Positions 29,715 through 43,740 of a stretch of DNA of 64,000 nt are shown piece after piece. The DNA is from Octopus vulgaris. Its lineage: Eukaryota. The position numbers were made by a program, and so were the translations under genes. Positions within the stretch are counted from its first letter, which is position 1. Every line of letters begins with the position of its first letter. Location: contig OX597829.1 of assembly GCA_951406725.2 (NCBI GenBank), positions 54,808,001 to 54,872,000 of the forward strand, written 5' to 3'. The notes under the pieces are model-generated. The model searched no databases. It was given only the letters and a program-made list of their open reading frames with translations, and had not been told where the DNA came from.

Positions 29715-31590
29715 GTAAGGGTGGTGGTAGCAAGGTGGTTTTTCAGGCAGCTCAAAGGGAAGCTAGGGAGCAGGTATACTCAGCCAGGAGTGAAGCAGAA
29801 AGGAAGAAGTTTGCCAATGTCTTACAGCATGAGAACCAGATGCTTGAAGTATTTCCATTTGCAAGACAGTGTGCTAGGGAAAACTGTGATGTTGTGGGAG
29901 AGAAGTGTGTTTGCATGGACGATGGCTCAGTTGCAGTTAGTGACTCTGCAAAGAAAGAGGCTTGGAAGTGTCACTATGAAAGGCTACTAAGTGTAGAGAA
30001 CCCATGGGAGAAGGAGAGTCTGCCTATGGTGGATCTGGCTGAGGGACAAGCAATCCAAATGGACAGTAACATGGTAGATAAAGCCATGAAGGATATGAAG
30101 ACTGGGAAAGCTCCCAGTCCATCAGGAATCACTGCAGAGATGCTTAAAGAATCTGGCAATGTCGGGGTATGGTCTGGTTAGTCAAACCCAATGGCTGATG
30201 TTGCAACATCATAGTCAACTGCCACAAAGGTAAAGGTGATGCCTTAGACAGAAATAATTATAGAGGTATCAAACTGTTATCTCAGGTGATGAAAGTAACA
30301 GGGAGGGTCATAGCTCAACTAATTAGGACGAGAGTTAGTCTAGATGAGAGGCAGTTTTTTGTCAGGGAGAAGCACCACTGATGCTATATTTCTAGTAAGG
30401 CAGCTGCAGGAGAAGTACTTAGCCAAAGACAAAACTCTGTACCTGACTTTTGTTGACATGAAGAAAACCTTTGACAGGGTCCCCTGATTCCTTATCTGGT
30501 GGTCAATGCGGAAACTAGTGATAGACAAGTGGCTGGTGAGAGCAGTACAAGCCATGTACGGGGATGCTGTCAGTAAGGTGAGGGTTGGCAACAAGTATAG
30601 TGATGAATTCAGGGTACAAGTAAGGGTTCATCAAGAATCAATCTTCAGCTCCCTCCTGTACATCATAGTCCTCCAGGCAATTGCACCTGGCAGCTCCTCT
30701 ATACTGATGACCTTGTTCTCATAGCCAAATTACTTCCAGAACTAGAGAAGTTTTGAGTGTGAAAGCAAGGTCTAGAATCAAAGGGCCTTAGAGTTAACCT
30801 TGCAAAAACCAAAGTCTTAGTAAGTAGGAGGGCAGACAAATCAGAAATCACGTCTGGTAGATGGCCCTGCTTGACATGTAGAAAAGATGTAGGTAGAAAC
30901 TCCATAAGGTGTACCCAGTGTAAGCTATGGGCACGTAAGAGGTGCAGCAATAAAAGAGGTAAGTTAACAGAAAATAGTTTTTGTGGGTGAAATGTGCACA
31001 AGTACAATAAACACGACAAATGTACAGAAAATAGACTCCATCAACTGCCAGCAGGGTAAGCTACAGGTAATTGATAGCTTCTGTTATCTAGGTGACCAAG
31101 TAGGTAGTGGAGGCGGATGCTCCAAGAGTGTAGCTGTGAAAATAAGAATAGAATGGACAAAGTTCAGAGTGCTCCTACCTCTGCTGGTACCAAAGGGCCC
31201 TTTGTTCAGAGTGAAAGGTAGGCTGTATGATGCCTGTGTGTGAACAGTCATGCTACATGGCAGTGAAACATGGGCTGTGACCACTGAGGACATGCATAGG
31301 CTTGAAGAAAATGAAGCTAGTTAGTTTCATTGGATGTGCAATGTCAGTGTGCATGTACAATGGAACATAAGCTTCTTGAGAGAAAAGCTGAGTATAAGAA
31401 ACATCAGATATGGTGTGCGAGAGAGAAGACTGCTGGTTTGGTCATGTGATGCGTATGGATGAGGACAGCTGTGTAAAGTGCTGATCTCTATCTGTGGAGG
31501 GAACCTGTTGGCGAAGTCAACCCAGGAAGACATACGATAAGGTGGTGAAGCATGACCTTTGAACGTTGGGCCTCACAGAGTTGATGTTAA
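29715..31590 (+). mobile_element. Decayed RTE-clade LINE, 5' truncated
   Basis: GKAPSPSGITAEMLK, YRGIKLL, STTDAIF, FVDMKKTFDRVP, LYTDDL, FCYLGD and MLHGSETWA, with stops and frameshifts. Related fragments at 39845-39960(-) and 41130-41650(+). Confidence 0.92.
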
Positions 31591-31599
31591 AAGCACCTG

Positions 31600-31915
31600 T
31601 GAATTGTCATGGTCAATGCCGGTGCCAATGCATTTTAGTCGTGGTCATTGTCAGTGCCATGTACATGGCACCCACCATGAATTGTAGTTGTGGTCGTTGC
31701 TGGTGTCATGTAAATGGCACCTGTGCCAGTGGCACATAGAAGTACCCATTATACTCCTGGAGTGGTTGGCATTAGGAAACACATCCTGCTGTAGAAACCA
31801 TACCAAACTCAGATTGGAACCTTGTGCAGCTCTCCCGCTCATGAGCTCCAGTCAAACTGTCTAACCCATGCCAGCATGGAGAGCAGATGTTAAATGATGA
31901 TGATGATGATGACGC
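31600..31915 (+). mobile_element. Abundant SINE-like repeat, family D, ending AACCCATGCCAGCATGGA...(GAT)n
   Basis: The same 3' module recurs at about 9760, 12560, 33130, 42010, 48480, 52200, 54085(-), 54500, 58588(-) and 59220. Confidence 0.75.
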
Positions 31916-31932
31916 CATTCCACCAGAGTATC

Positions 31933-31972
<40 letters not shown>

Positions 31973-31994
31973 TAATAATAATAACAATAATAAT

Positions 31995-33061
31995 ACATTG
32001 TCAAAAGCTAGGAAGTTGTTGATGATGTATGGAGTCCACCATCCGAAAGCTGACATCAACCGGCTGTACTTGGGGAGAGACGAGGGTGGAAGAAGCTTAA
32101 TAGCAGCAGAAGAATGTGTACAGATGGAAAGAAAACGTCTAGTAGAGTGTTTGCAGAGCAGCACAGAAAAACTGCTAAAGACAGTGAATAAAGAACAGGG
32201 GATGAAGCGCATGATAGGAGAAAAGGACAAGAACGAAATACGAAGATGGCACATCAGACAAATCAACCCCTGCATGGCTAATTTTAGAGAACCACTGAAG
32301 AAGTATGTGGAACAAAATTCTGGGCTGGATTAAAATAACGAAAAAAAGAGAAACAGAGTCTAATTGTAGCAGCCCAAGATCAAGCAATAAGAACAAACCA
32401 CTTGAGAAAAAATATATATATGGAGAAAATGTATCAGAAAAATGTAGAGCTTGTGGAAATTGGAACGAGAAAGTGGTACACATTGTGGCTGAAAGCACCA
32501 AACTGGCACAGGAAGAATATAAGAAATTGAAGCATGACCAGATTGTAAAAGCTATACTCTGGAAACTGTGCCAGAAATGGAGATTTGAAGCTGGAAACAT
32601 GATACAATCATTGAGTTGAAAGAGTACTGGAGATTTTGTCAGACTTTCCTATTGAAACGGACATGAAGTTAGAAAATAATAGACCAGACTTCATGATTAT
32701 AGATGAGGAAAGGTGAAGTTGTTTACTTATTGACTTGTCATGCCCATTTGATTCCAGGATAATAAGGAAAGAGTAAGAAAACAAAAAAAATACAATCCCT
32801 TAAAATTTGAAATAGGAAGAATTCGGAGTATGCGAACAGTAAAGGTCGTTTCTATAACAACTGGTGCATTGGGAACAGTAAGGAAAGATGTAGACAAATG
32901 ACTGAAGGAGATGGAAATAGAATGTTCTGTAGAGCTTCTACAGAAAGTTTGTCTCTTAGGGACAACAAGGATTATCAGGAGAGTTCTAAGCACCTGAAAG
33001 ACAGCTGAAAACTTGTGGATTCCTAAGGTTACAGGTAAAAACCAAACCTGAGCCAAACCAA

Positions 33062-33062
<1 letters not shown>
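31995..33062 (+). mobile_element. Dong/R4-clade (RLE endonuclease) LINE, 3' portion, decayed
   Basis: HPKADINRLYLGRDEGGRSL, a CRACG...HIV zinc-knuckle relic, HDQI, NRPD, LIDLSCPFD and K..KY. Flanked on both sides by (TAA)n. Confidence 0.88.
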
Positions 33063-33112
<50 letters not shown>

Positions 33113-34223
33113 CACAACCATGTCTATGCATAATATGAATACCTGTGTCACATAAAAACTCCCCCGCTGGTCCCATGATGTAAAAAGCACTCAGTATACT
33201 CTGTACATTCTTTTATTGTGGTTGGCATTAGGAAGGGCATCCAGCCATAGCAATTATGGCAAAACAGGCGAATGGAGCCTGGTGCAACTCTCCTGCTTGC
33301 CAGCTGCTGCCAAATTGTTCAACCCATGCCAGCATGGAAAACAGATGTTAAACGATCATGATGATGATGATCATCATCATCATGATCACGAAAGCTGATT
33401 TGCAGACAGACAGATCCTTACATACTCACATACATACATAGATATTCAGTGATACTAACACACAAGCAATGACAAAGAGTTACATTCACACCTACCCTCT
33501 CAAATATGTTACCTCACATCTACCTCGATAAAACTTTCAACAGTTCTCTATTTATATTACTGTAAGTTTCCAAATTCACTCGTACAACACAGCTGCTGCA
33601 ATCCTGTTGCCTGTTTTCTTGTAAACTTTTCATATCTTTTATCAATTTTCTTTTTATTGATTAAGAGTATTGATGACTTATTTCTTTGTGTGTGTGTGTG
33701 TGTGAAAATTATTATTAAAAATTGAAATAATCTGAAACGTTCATAACTATATGTTTCTTAGTTTTATTGGATTACGTGTCAGGTAAAATACATGTGTGGA
33801 TGAAAGTTGTGGGGTTTTTGTCTGCAATAAATAAACCAAGAGGACAAAGTGTATCAAAACGTTTTGTGACCATATTTTGTAATGAAATACAGTATCCACG
33901 TGTTTCAAATAATTCTGGATACAATCAACAGTTTGCTTGGTCTTAGTAGAATAACTAACTTCTTTAATAATCCTTTCTACTGAAGGCACAAGTCCTGAAA
34001 TTTAAGGGGAGGGGGACCAGTTGATTACATCGACCCCATTGTCTTACTGGTACTTAATTTATTGACCCTTAAAGGACGAAAGGCAGAGTTGACTTCAGTG
34101 GAATTTGAACTCAGAATGTAGTGGCGGGTGAAATACCACAAAGCAATTCATCCAGCAGGTTAACGATTTTGCCAGCTTGCCACCTTTAATAATAATAATA
34201 ATAATAATAATAATGATAATAAA

Positions 34224-34630
34224 TGGTGGCTGTGTGGTAAGTAGCTTGTTTACCAACCACATGGTTCTGGGTTCAGTCCCACTGTGTGGCACTTTGGGCA
34301 AGTGTCTTCTACTATAGCCTTGGGCAGACCAAAGCCTTGTGAGTGGATTTAGTAGACGGAAACTGAAAGAAGCCCGTCGTATATATGTATATATATATAT
34401 ATATATATATGCGTGTGTGTTTGTGTGTCTGTGTTTGTCCCCTTAGCATTGCTTGACAACCGATGCTGGTGTGTTTATGTCCCCGTTACTTAGCGGTTCG
34501 GCAAAAGAGACCGATAGAATAAGTACTGGGCTTACAAAAGAATAAGTCCCGGGGTCAAGTTGCTCGATTAAAGGCGGTGCTCCAGCATGGCCGCAGTCAA
34601 ATGACTGAAACAAGTAAAAGAGTAAAGAGT
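34224..34630 (+). mobile_element. Family B SINE
   Basis: Colinear with 18331-18753. Confidence 0.88.
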
Positions 34631-35485
34631 ACCATAGACATTCCACAACCCATTTTGTGGTACAGTGTCAACAATAAACATTTCCACACTTGGTAATGAT
34701 ATATCCTGTTGTATTTTTCATAAGACTTTGGTTAATTTCTTGGAAATCTTGTTTGTCCTTTTCAGTTAATTCTTTCTCTTCTAGCCTACATTCTCAGTCT
34801 AGCTTGTGCCAGATATTCTTGCCTATCATTATTGTTCATATTGTTAAGGCAGCAAGCTGGCAGAATTGTTGGCACGCCGGGCGAAATGCTTAACAATATT
34901 TCGTCTGTCTCCACATTCAGAGTTCAAATGCCGCTGGAGTCGACTTAGACTTTCATCCTTTTTTTTTGGGTGGGGGTCGATAATTTAAGTACCAGTTATG
35001 CACTGGGGTCGATGAAATCAACTATCCCCCTCTCCCCAGAATTTCAGGCCTTGTGCCTATAGTAGAAAGGATTATTGTTTATACTGTTCATATTTCTTGA
35101 TTAATGATTCTTATTCTTTACCTATTAACTCTAGCTTTATTGTTCATCATATGACACCTCCTGACCCCATTTCTCACCTTACTTTCATTCCTTTCCTCCA
35201 GAATTAATGCCTCTTGTTGTTCCCGATTCTTCTCTCTTTGTTTCTAATTCTTATTTCTTTCTTTTGCCCTTTTCCTAATCTTTTCTTTTATCTTCTCTGC
35301 CTTTCTCACTTCAATTCTCCAAGATCATTGTCCATCACAACACACTAAGCTCTATTTCAGTAATGGAATAATTCTGGAAGCACTCAATATTACACACTTG
35401 GTGATACCTGTATCCAAGGTGTACCATTACACGTCTTTTACAAAGGAAGTTAGGAATGTCTGATGTTCTAACTAATCATCCACCC

Positions 35486-35796
35486 AGTAGTAGTAGTAGT
35501 AGCAGCAGCAGTAACAGTAGTGGTTATGGTAGTAGTAGTAGTAGTAGCAGCAGCAGTAACAGTTGTTGTTATGGTGGTAGTTGTAGCAGCAGTAGTAGAA
35601 GCAGCAGCAGTAGTAGCAGTAGTAGTAGTAGTAGCAGCAGTAGTAGTAGTAGAGCAGCAGCAGCAGTAGTAGTAGTAGTAGTAGTATTAGTTGTAGTAGT
35701 AGTAGTAGTAGTAGTTGTAGTAGTAGTAGTAGTAGCACCAGTAGCAGCAGTAGTAGTAGTAGAGCAGCAGCAGCAGTAGTAGTAGTAGTAGTAGTT

Positions 35797-35848
<52 letters not shown>

Positions 35849-35928
35849 CACCAGTAGCAGCAGTAGTAGTAGTAGAGCAGCAGCAGCAGTAGTAGTAGTA
35901 GTAGTAGTATTAGTTGTAGTAGAGCAGC

Positions 35929-35978
<50 letters not shown>

Positions 35979-36120
35979 CAGCAACAGTAGCAGCAGTAGT
36001 AGTAGTAGAGCAGCAGCAGTAGTAGTAGTATTAGTTGTAGTAGAGCAGCAGTAGTAGTTGTAGTAGTAGTAGCACCAGTAGCAGCAGCACTAGTAGTAGT
36101 AGTAGTAGAAGAAGAAGAAG
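35486..36120. repeat. Compound (AGT)n/(AGC)n trinucleotide tract, about 635 bp
   Basis: Direct inspection. Higher-order blocks such as GCACCAGTAGCAGCAG recur. Confidence 0.99.
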
Positions 36121-36234
36121 CTGCCGTTTTTGTTACTTTTCTAGTGAATTCTGTTGATTTGTTGATAAATTAGTATATTTTTAAAATGTGGAAATTAATT
36201 TAATTTGTTGGGTTTTTATTTTCTAATTAAACAG

Positions 36235-36331
36235 AAAACAACACAATTAAAACAGATGCTGCTTTCAAAAGAACTTGAATTCATCATGGAAGGCCACAAT
36301 GGATTGAGTGCTCGAATTGTTCAAGAAACTG
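36235..36331 (+). CDS. pepM: PEP mutase exon [32 protein letters not shown](G)
   Basis: CAG acceptor, G|GTAACG donor, 97 nt (phase 0 to 1). Near identical to the mussel enzyme as recalled. Not in the supplied ORF track. Confidence 0.95.
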
Positions 36332-36959
36332 GTAACGTATATTTTTAATTTGCTGTCGTAATTACTGAGTGGTCTTGGTTATCTCTACTTCAGCAGATAA
36401 AAGTCTAAAGACCCCACTTTGGTCATGAATGACCATGCGATTGCACCTAGAAAGTTCCCCACCAATGCACAAGTATGGGCAAGGTTGTTTATCGATGAAC
36501 AGCAGTCACCCATGCATGCCAGCCTCACCTCTCCATGCCATTATATGTACGTAGTGTAAAGGGTAATGACCCGCTTCAGTCATGAAAGACCATGGGATTG
36601 CACCTTGAAAGCTCCCCTCCAAAGTACAAATTCAGGCAAAGTTCTTTATGGAAGACCATCAGTTATCCATGCATACCAACATCCCTTCTCCATGCCATTG
36701 ACCTTATCCAAGGGAAAGACGAAGGCTGATACAGCTTGGCACCAGTGACATCGCAACTCATTTCTACAGCTGAATGAACTAGAGCGACATGAAATAAAGT
36801 GTCTTGCTCAAGAACACAACACACAGCCTGGTCTGGGAATCAAACTCACTACCTCATGATTGTCAGTCCAAAGCTCTAACCATTGAGCCATGCACCTTCA
36901 GCAGATATATGTTATATAAAGGCAAGCAAGTCTATTGTAAATACATAACAGTGATGATT

Positions 36960-37345
36960 TACTTCAGTGAAACATAGACTATTAACACTACTATGATGGA
37001 CACCCACATTGTAGCCCAGTGGAAAATGGAATGAACCATGCTCAGCATCACATTGTAGGATAAAGAAACCAACACCTGGATTCAACAGCACATGAGAGTC
37101 AGCATCATCTTGAGAACCACCAAGGAGAACAAAAATAGATGGAGCTGGTCACATTGCATGACTGAACGTCAACAAGGGGACAATCAGGGTGATGGAATAG
37201 ACACTGGACAAGGTAAGATCAAGGAGCTGACCAAAGACAAGATGGTGAGATGATCTCACCTGCTACCTGGGTCCTTCATGGACATGATTGGCCAGAGACA
37301 GACAATGGTGGAAGGATCCAGGGAGGGATTCCTCCTTCAGCCTTA
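36960..37345 (+). mobile_element. RTE/BovB-like LINE 3' end relic
   Basis: Relics of MER.ML.ITL.D, NTWI, AGHIA and PKTRW.DDL. Confidence 0.65.
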
Positions 37346-37769
37346 GATATTGGATATGAGATGAGATTGGATATTGGATATGAGATATTGGATATTGGAT
37401 ATCACTAGTTCAGTGTTTCACAAAATTCTCCTAAGAGAATTGTAATTATTTAAGAGGTTGTTAGAGGTGAAAAGATTACATAGACATGTACATTTTCATA
37501 TATGTGTATATAAATTATGGATGAGTGTGTGTGTGTATGTATATAGGTAAGTATGAATGTACGTATGTATGTATCTACGTATGCATTTATACATACATAT
37601 TTACTTACAGACATTCATACATGCACACCTACGTGCATATCTATATACATCTATGCATGTATGAATGTATATGTGAATGTATGTAAGTAAGCATGTACGC
37701 ATGTATGTATGTGTGTGTGTGTGTATGTATGTATGCTAGCATGCATATATGTATGTGCTGAAGACCTTA

Positions 37770-38470
37770 TCCTCAAAAACTTACAACAGTATGATGCACA
37801 TAACTTGCAACCATTCTTTGAGAATGATGCACCTAAACTTGGCCTGTTTCTCAATGCAAAAAAAGACCAAGTATATGAGCCTTATTGAGATTGAAAACCA
37901 CTTACCAATTTCTTCTAACAGTGGTGCAATACTTAAAAAGATCAGTGACTTCATGTACCCAGGATCCTAAGTTGCTGACAGTTAAAAATAATCCCTGATA
38001 CATAAGGAATAAGCTCAGTCTGTCTGTAACAAGCTTCAAAACATCTGTCAGTTAAGTTTTTCAGAGTCAAACGAGTCTGGCTTTGATCAGAGAATGTGTA
38101 GAGAACGTTCTTTTCTGTGGAGCTGAAAATATGAATTATGACAAAGGAACATCAAGATTACTTTGATGATACATATTCTAGGCTTCTGATGAGGGTTCAA
38201 AATATTTTATGGCCAGAGTAGAAGATTAAAAGACATTTAAAGACACGTTCCATTCATCTCAACAATTGTTCCTCAAAACATGGTCGGTTATGCTAGTCAT
38301 CACTATCATGGTGAAAATGTGGCTGTGCCACATGTTATATTTTGGAGAATTCTCTACATTTAATTATGTTGATGTTATCGGAACTGACATAAAATGTAAA
38401 GTTGAGGACATGGCAAAGTTAATGGGGTGCTGAGGTTCATGGTAGGGCATAGTAAAAAGCATTTTGGTTG
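37770..38470 (+). mobile_element. Old RTE-like LINE relic (post-RT region)
   Basis: LGLFLNAKKTKYM, DFMYPGS, VLFCGAE and TYSRLLMRVQNILW. Confidence 0.65.
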
Positions 38471-39479
38471 TAACTGTTTCAAGAAGATACACGTGTGTGT
38501 GTGTGTGTGTGTGTGTAGTTTTGAAGTCGTAGAAAACCCTTAAATTTGTTGAGTTAAATTTTGGTCAAACTACCCTTTGAAATTAATAATCAATTAAATT
38601 AAACAAATTAATAGATAATGAATTTTTAAAAAAAAGTGACAAGTGTCTTCTACTATAGCCTGGAGCCAACCAAAGCCTTGTGAGTGGATTTGGTAGATGG
38701 AAACTGAAAGAAGCCTGTTGTATATGTGTGTGTTTGTTCCCCCCACTATTGCTTGACAACCGATGTTGGTGTGTTTATGTCCCCGTAACTTAGTGGTTCG
38801 GTAAAAGAAAATGATAGAATAAGTACTAGGATTACAAAGAATAAGTCTTGGGGTCGATTTGTTCGACTAAAGGCAGTGCTCCAGCATGGCCGCAGTCAGA
38901 TGACTGAAACAAATAAAAAAATAAAGAATTTCAAAATTTCACAGCAGATCCTTTTTCCAGATAAATGCAAACATGAACTGCAAAAGAGGAGACCAATTCT
39001 ATTGCGTAGCCTACACCATCTGCAAAGAAAATGCCATTCCTCAGATTAGAAAATCCCTTTGTGAACAGAAAAGAGCATATCAACAGCAGATTAAACAAAC
39101 AGAATTTCAGAGGAATTCCATATAGTGAACATTTAGAAATCTGGGGGAAAAAACAAATTCAAGATGTTCTCATTCTTTAAATGCCCAAGAAATAACCCAA
39201 AATACAAGAAAGAAATGGAAAAACATCTAATCTGAAAATTTATTCCAAAATTTAACACATCATCATCATCATCATCATCATTTAATGTGTGCTTTCCATG
39301 CTGACATGGATTGGACTGACACATAAAACAGATAATTTTATTTATAGAAACAGGATTTTATAAAAAAATGTCTTTTCCAGATGAACCAAACTAACTTCCC
39401 ACCAGATGTTAATGTTGTAATTGTTGTTGCTGATAGTATAACAAGTCACTGCAAAAAAGATTTTTTTAAACAATTACCA

Positions 39480-39790
39480 TGCACACACACATACACACAT
39501 GTAAATACACATACATATGTAAATTCACACACATACATATGCAAGCACACACACACACATATGTAAATACACACATACATATGTAAATACACGCATACAT
39601 ATGCAAACACACACACATACACATGCAAACACACACATACATATGCAAAATGCACACACACATACATATGTAAATACATACACATACATATATAAATACA
39701 CACATACATATGCAAACACACACACATACATATGCAAACACACACATACACATGCAAAACGCACACACACACATACACACACACACATGT
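39480..39790. repeat. CA-rich minisatellite with ACACACATACATATG(C/T)AA units
   Basis: Direct inspection. Confidence 0.9.
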
Positions 39791-40029
39791 ATATATCTAT
39801 TATATTTTACTTGTTTTCCAGCAACTGGAGTGCTGCCAGGCGGGAGCACTGCCTGGCTACACTCATTGGTGACTCTCACCTTACTAACTGCAGACCTTTG
39901 CATGGCTTGCACACCTCTCGCTAACCATTCATCTATCCCTAGCTTCTGCATTGCCCACCAGATAGAGCAGTGGGGAAGAGATTTCCAGTTATAGGTGGTT
40001 GGGCAGAAATGGGTTGGTGCATCTCAAAT

Positions 40030-40372
40030 AAGGAAAGGCAGTAGGATTGCTCCTTTCTGAAATAGAGGATATGATACAACATTCAAAGGCATTTTGAATC
40101 GATGTTAAGCCTTTGTCACCTTGTTTCCATTTAAGGTAGAGGTGGTCTACATCACTGTTGATGTGGAAATTATGTGTACTGGTTAGTAACAATGGCTTGG
40201 ATCTCATCAAGTGTCCAGTCAAGCAGCCCAAATGTTGGTATGAGTACTGGCACTGCAAGCACATTGTGAGCCACTGTTTTACTGAATGCAGAAAGTTCTG
40301 AGGTCCAAACTTTCTTTATTCAGCTGTAATATTCTTTAGTGACATGTGTTTTGTTACAGGTGCCATTGTAAG
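40030..40372 (-). mobile_element. Dong/R4-like LINE fragment
   Basis: HNFHINSDVDHLYLKWKQGDKGLTSIQNAFE matches the RLYxxRxxGGRGL motif family. Confidence 0.65.
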
Positions 40373-42843
40373 ATGTGTGTGTGTGTGAATGAGTGAGTGA
40401 GAGAGAGAGAGAGACAGCTGTGTAGATGTTTATTGCATCAGAAAAGTTGTTTGCAGTAAGAGATTTGTGTTGATTCACTTGGAATAACTTGGAATGTTAT
40501 TAATAAATGTATTGATTTAACACCGCCAAGAAGTAAAGAGTCTTTACTAAATTGTATTTAATAAATGATTCAAGTCAAAAGAAAGCAGGAACATATATTT
40601 GTTCTTCAAACATATTTGACTTCTTTTATTATTTTATATTGATCTTAGTCATTGGACTGCTTAAATGCTGTGGACCATCTCAAACAGTTCACAGTAACAT
40701 CAACAATAGTTACAATACCCTGAAACAAACGTTGCTATCTCTTCATGGTCCTGTTTTTCTAATTCTCTAACCCCAAGTCAAACTTTGTTGAACAAACCTA
40801 TGGTCAAATATGTTTCATCCACATTTGTCTTTTATTTTTTTTTTTAGGATATTTTTGGGTATTTGTAAAACTACATCAGATTATATTGTGCCACATACAC
40901 TATACCTAATTATCGAGAGAACGGACAGATTGGTTCCATATGTAGACAAGGTGTAGGTAGAATATCTAAATGGTGTACTCAGTGCAAACTATAGACATAT
41001 AAGAGGTGTGATGAAATCAATGGAAGATTAATAGAGAATGTGGAATTTGTCTTTGTCAGATATGCAGGAGCAATAAATGATAAGAGCACAAAGGAAATGG
41101 ATGTTCTGAAATGGTGAGGAGTAGTAGATATTTTCTGTAACCTAAGTGAGGAGGATGCTCTGAAAGTATGGCTGCTAGAATACTAATTGACTGGAGAAAG
41201 TTTAGAGAACTTTTACTTCTGTTGGTAATGAAAGGTCACTCTCTCAGAATTAAAGGCAGATTGTATGATGCTTGTGCAATGAAGAGCAAAGCTACCTGTC
41301 TGTGATACTTGGGTTGAGAAAGCAGAGAACATGCAGAGGCTTGAAAGAAATTAAACAAGTATGCACCAGTGGATGTGCAATGACAGTGTGCTTAGAGAAA
41401 AATAAGGCATTAGAGACATCAGATGGGGTTTGCAGGAGAGAAGACTGGACTGGTGTGATCATGTGATGCAAATGGATGAGGACAGTTGTATAAAGAAGTG
41501 CAGATCATTAAACATGGAAGGAATTTGTGGAAGAGGGCGACCGAGGAAGATAGATAAAGTGGCGCAAACTGACCTCAAGATGTTGAGCCTCTCAGAGGAG
41601 ATTTAAGGCTGAGATGATTAATGTTGTGCTGTGCTTGATAAGACCCATCCATCTCAGTAGAACTGAGGGTCCGTCAAGCCTTCCCCCATAACTCATTTTC
41701 TGTTTCCTTCACTTTCTTCTACACTGAACTGATGTCCTCTGCATCCAACTCATTCCCTTTTTCAAATCATCTCTCACACTATTTTCACTCTGTACACTTA
41801 CCTACACATCCACCTTTTCCCCTCTTTTAACCTATTCTCTCTCATATTCCTGTTGTACCTGGGCCTCACATATCTTTCTCTCTCTCATTTTCCAGGTAGG
41901 CAAGCCCATGCATTCACCTCTTCAGCAAGACATCTGCCCCTCTCCCTCTGTCACAGTTTCTTATTCCTCCAGTCTATACCCTGCTCACTCGAGTGGGGGG
42001 GATCTTACCTTACAAGTACTTGGTGATCTCAATGGTGCTTGTACCACATAAGAAGCACTCAGTACACTCTAGTCAAGTGGTTGACATTAAAAAGGGCATC
42101 TGGCTGCAGAAACCATGCCAAAGAAGATACAGAAGATGGTGGAGACCTCCTGGCTCATCTGTTCTTGTTCAACTATCCAATCCATGCCAGTATGGGAAAA
42201 GAGATATCAAAGGATAATGATGATGATCATGATGACTTCTATGACGACAGCACTGCCACCACCACTGCCACCTTGGTTGGAATGTCTATGATCATTAGTC
42301 TGCAAGTCCACTACTGATTTGCACAACTTACCAACGGTTTACTAATGAAATTCCAAGTTGCTGAAATCACTTTTACTTACATCAGCAGAACATTTATATA
42401 ATTATGACAATTTTTAATTATAAAATTGAAACACAATACCAACCATCGAGGTATTTGCTTAATATTCGATAGACCATGTGTGTTTTTCTTATAACACTTT
42501 GTTAGAGAAATAGTCATTCAGCCATTTTTATACATGTACAATGTCTATATTCCTTGATCAAATGAGCCTTGAGAAGATTATATTTCACTTATGAGGTCTA
42601 ATAAGATAGAAACATTCATTGCTGTCTCCCTTGTTTATGAGTGAAGATCAGATTTTCCTCAAAAATAAGTAAATTGAATTTTATGTAAAATTAGTTCTTA
42701 ATTTCTTGGACATGTTTTCCCCCTTCTTTGAGAGCTGATAACAGATACCATTAGGTTTTTGATTACTTTCTTCAACTAAATTTCAGTCTATTAAGAATTT
42801 ATGGTGTATATTTAAGTGAATCATGAAAATTACATTAAATCTA

Positions 42844-43740
42844 CAAAGTAGTATCAACAAGTTCCCAGACTAGTTATGTTTAATAAAAAATGACTCATTT
42901 TCCTAAGTTTTAGCATCATCTTCTTTGAAATAGTCACCTTGTACAGCAATACACCAGTCCCAGCATTCCTGCCAGTTTTAGAATCTGGCCCAGAAGTTAT
43001 TTTCCATTTGAGGGCCTTCTATATTTTGCTCTGGATTTCAAAAATAGTGTTAAAGTGGTGACCTTTGAGCTTAACTTCATCTTGGGAAAGAGATGGAAGT
43101 TCTACAGGTGCTAAATCTGGCAAATTGGATGGGTGCAGAAGTGATACCATGTTGTCTTTGGTGAGAAACTCACAAGTGAGGAGAGCTTGGTGACAGGATG
43201 GCATTGTTATTGTGAAGAATCCAATTCATCACAGATGTTAGGATTGCCTGCACAGCCCCAAATGACAAACAAACAACACCAGCAATATCATTGATTCTCC
43301 TCTGGCAATCCCATGCACAAGATGATGAATGTTCTCCACATTTCTAAGAGTGATGTCATTGGCAGGTCTTCTTCATCATCTTCCAGAGATATTCTTCTGC
43401 TTTTGAAGTACCAATGCCACTTCAAACATTGCATACAACCCATTGCCTCATCACCATGAGCTTGCCAAAACATGCTCAATGTCTTTGTAGCAGACTCCCC
43501 AAGTTTAACACAAAATTTCACATTGGCTCTTTGTTCCAACTTCCTGTCCATAGCACAAATTGTAGACTACAGCAGACATGTGATCACAAAATCACAAATT
43601 TCAAAGTAAACACAATGATGTCACTCAGCACACCACTGCTTCATGAAGGTCACTGCAAGCTTTCACTGTGCACACAACCAGGTGCTGTCATCTGTTGGCC
43701 TGCTACTGAACTAGTCTGGGAACTTTTTGATATCACATCG
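42844..43740 (-). mobile_element. Internally deleted mariner element
   Basis: TA flanks, with TIRs TATCAACAAGTTCCCAGACTAGT and ACTAGTCTGGGAACTTTTTGATA. MDRKLEQRANVKFCVKLG HTH and HPSNLPDLAP (a YSPDLAP relic). Confidence 0.9.

Noticed and set aside
35456-35779. Poly-Ser/Val and poly-Leu/Tyr ORFs
   Set aside because: They are translations of the (AGT/AGC)n tract.
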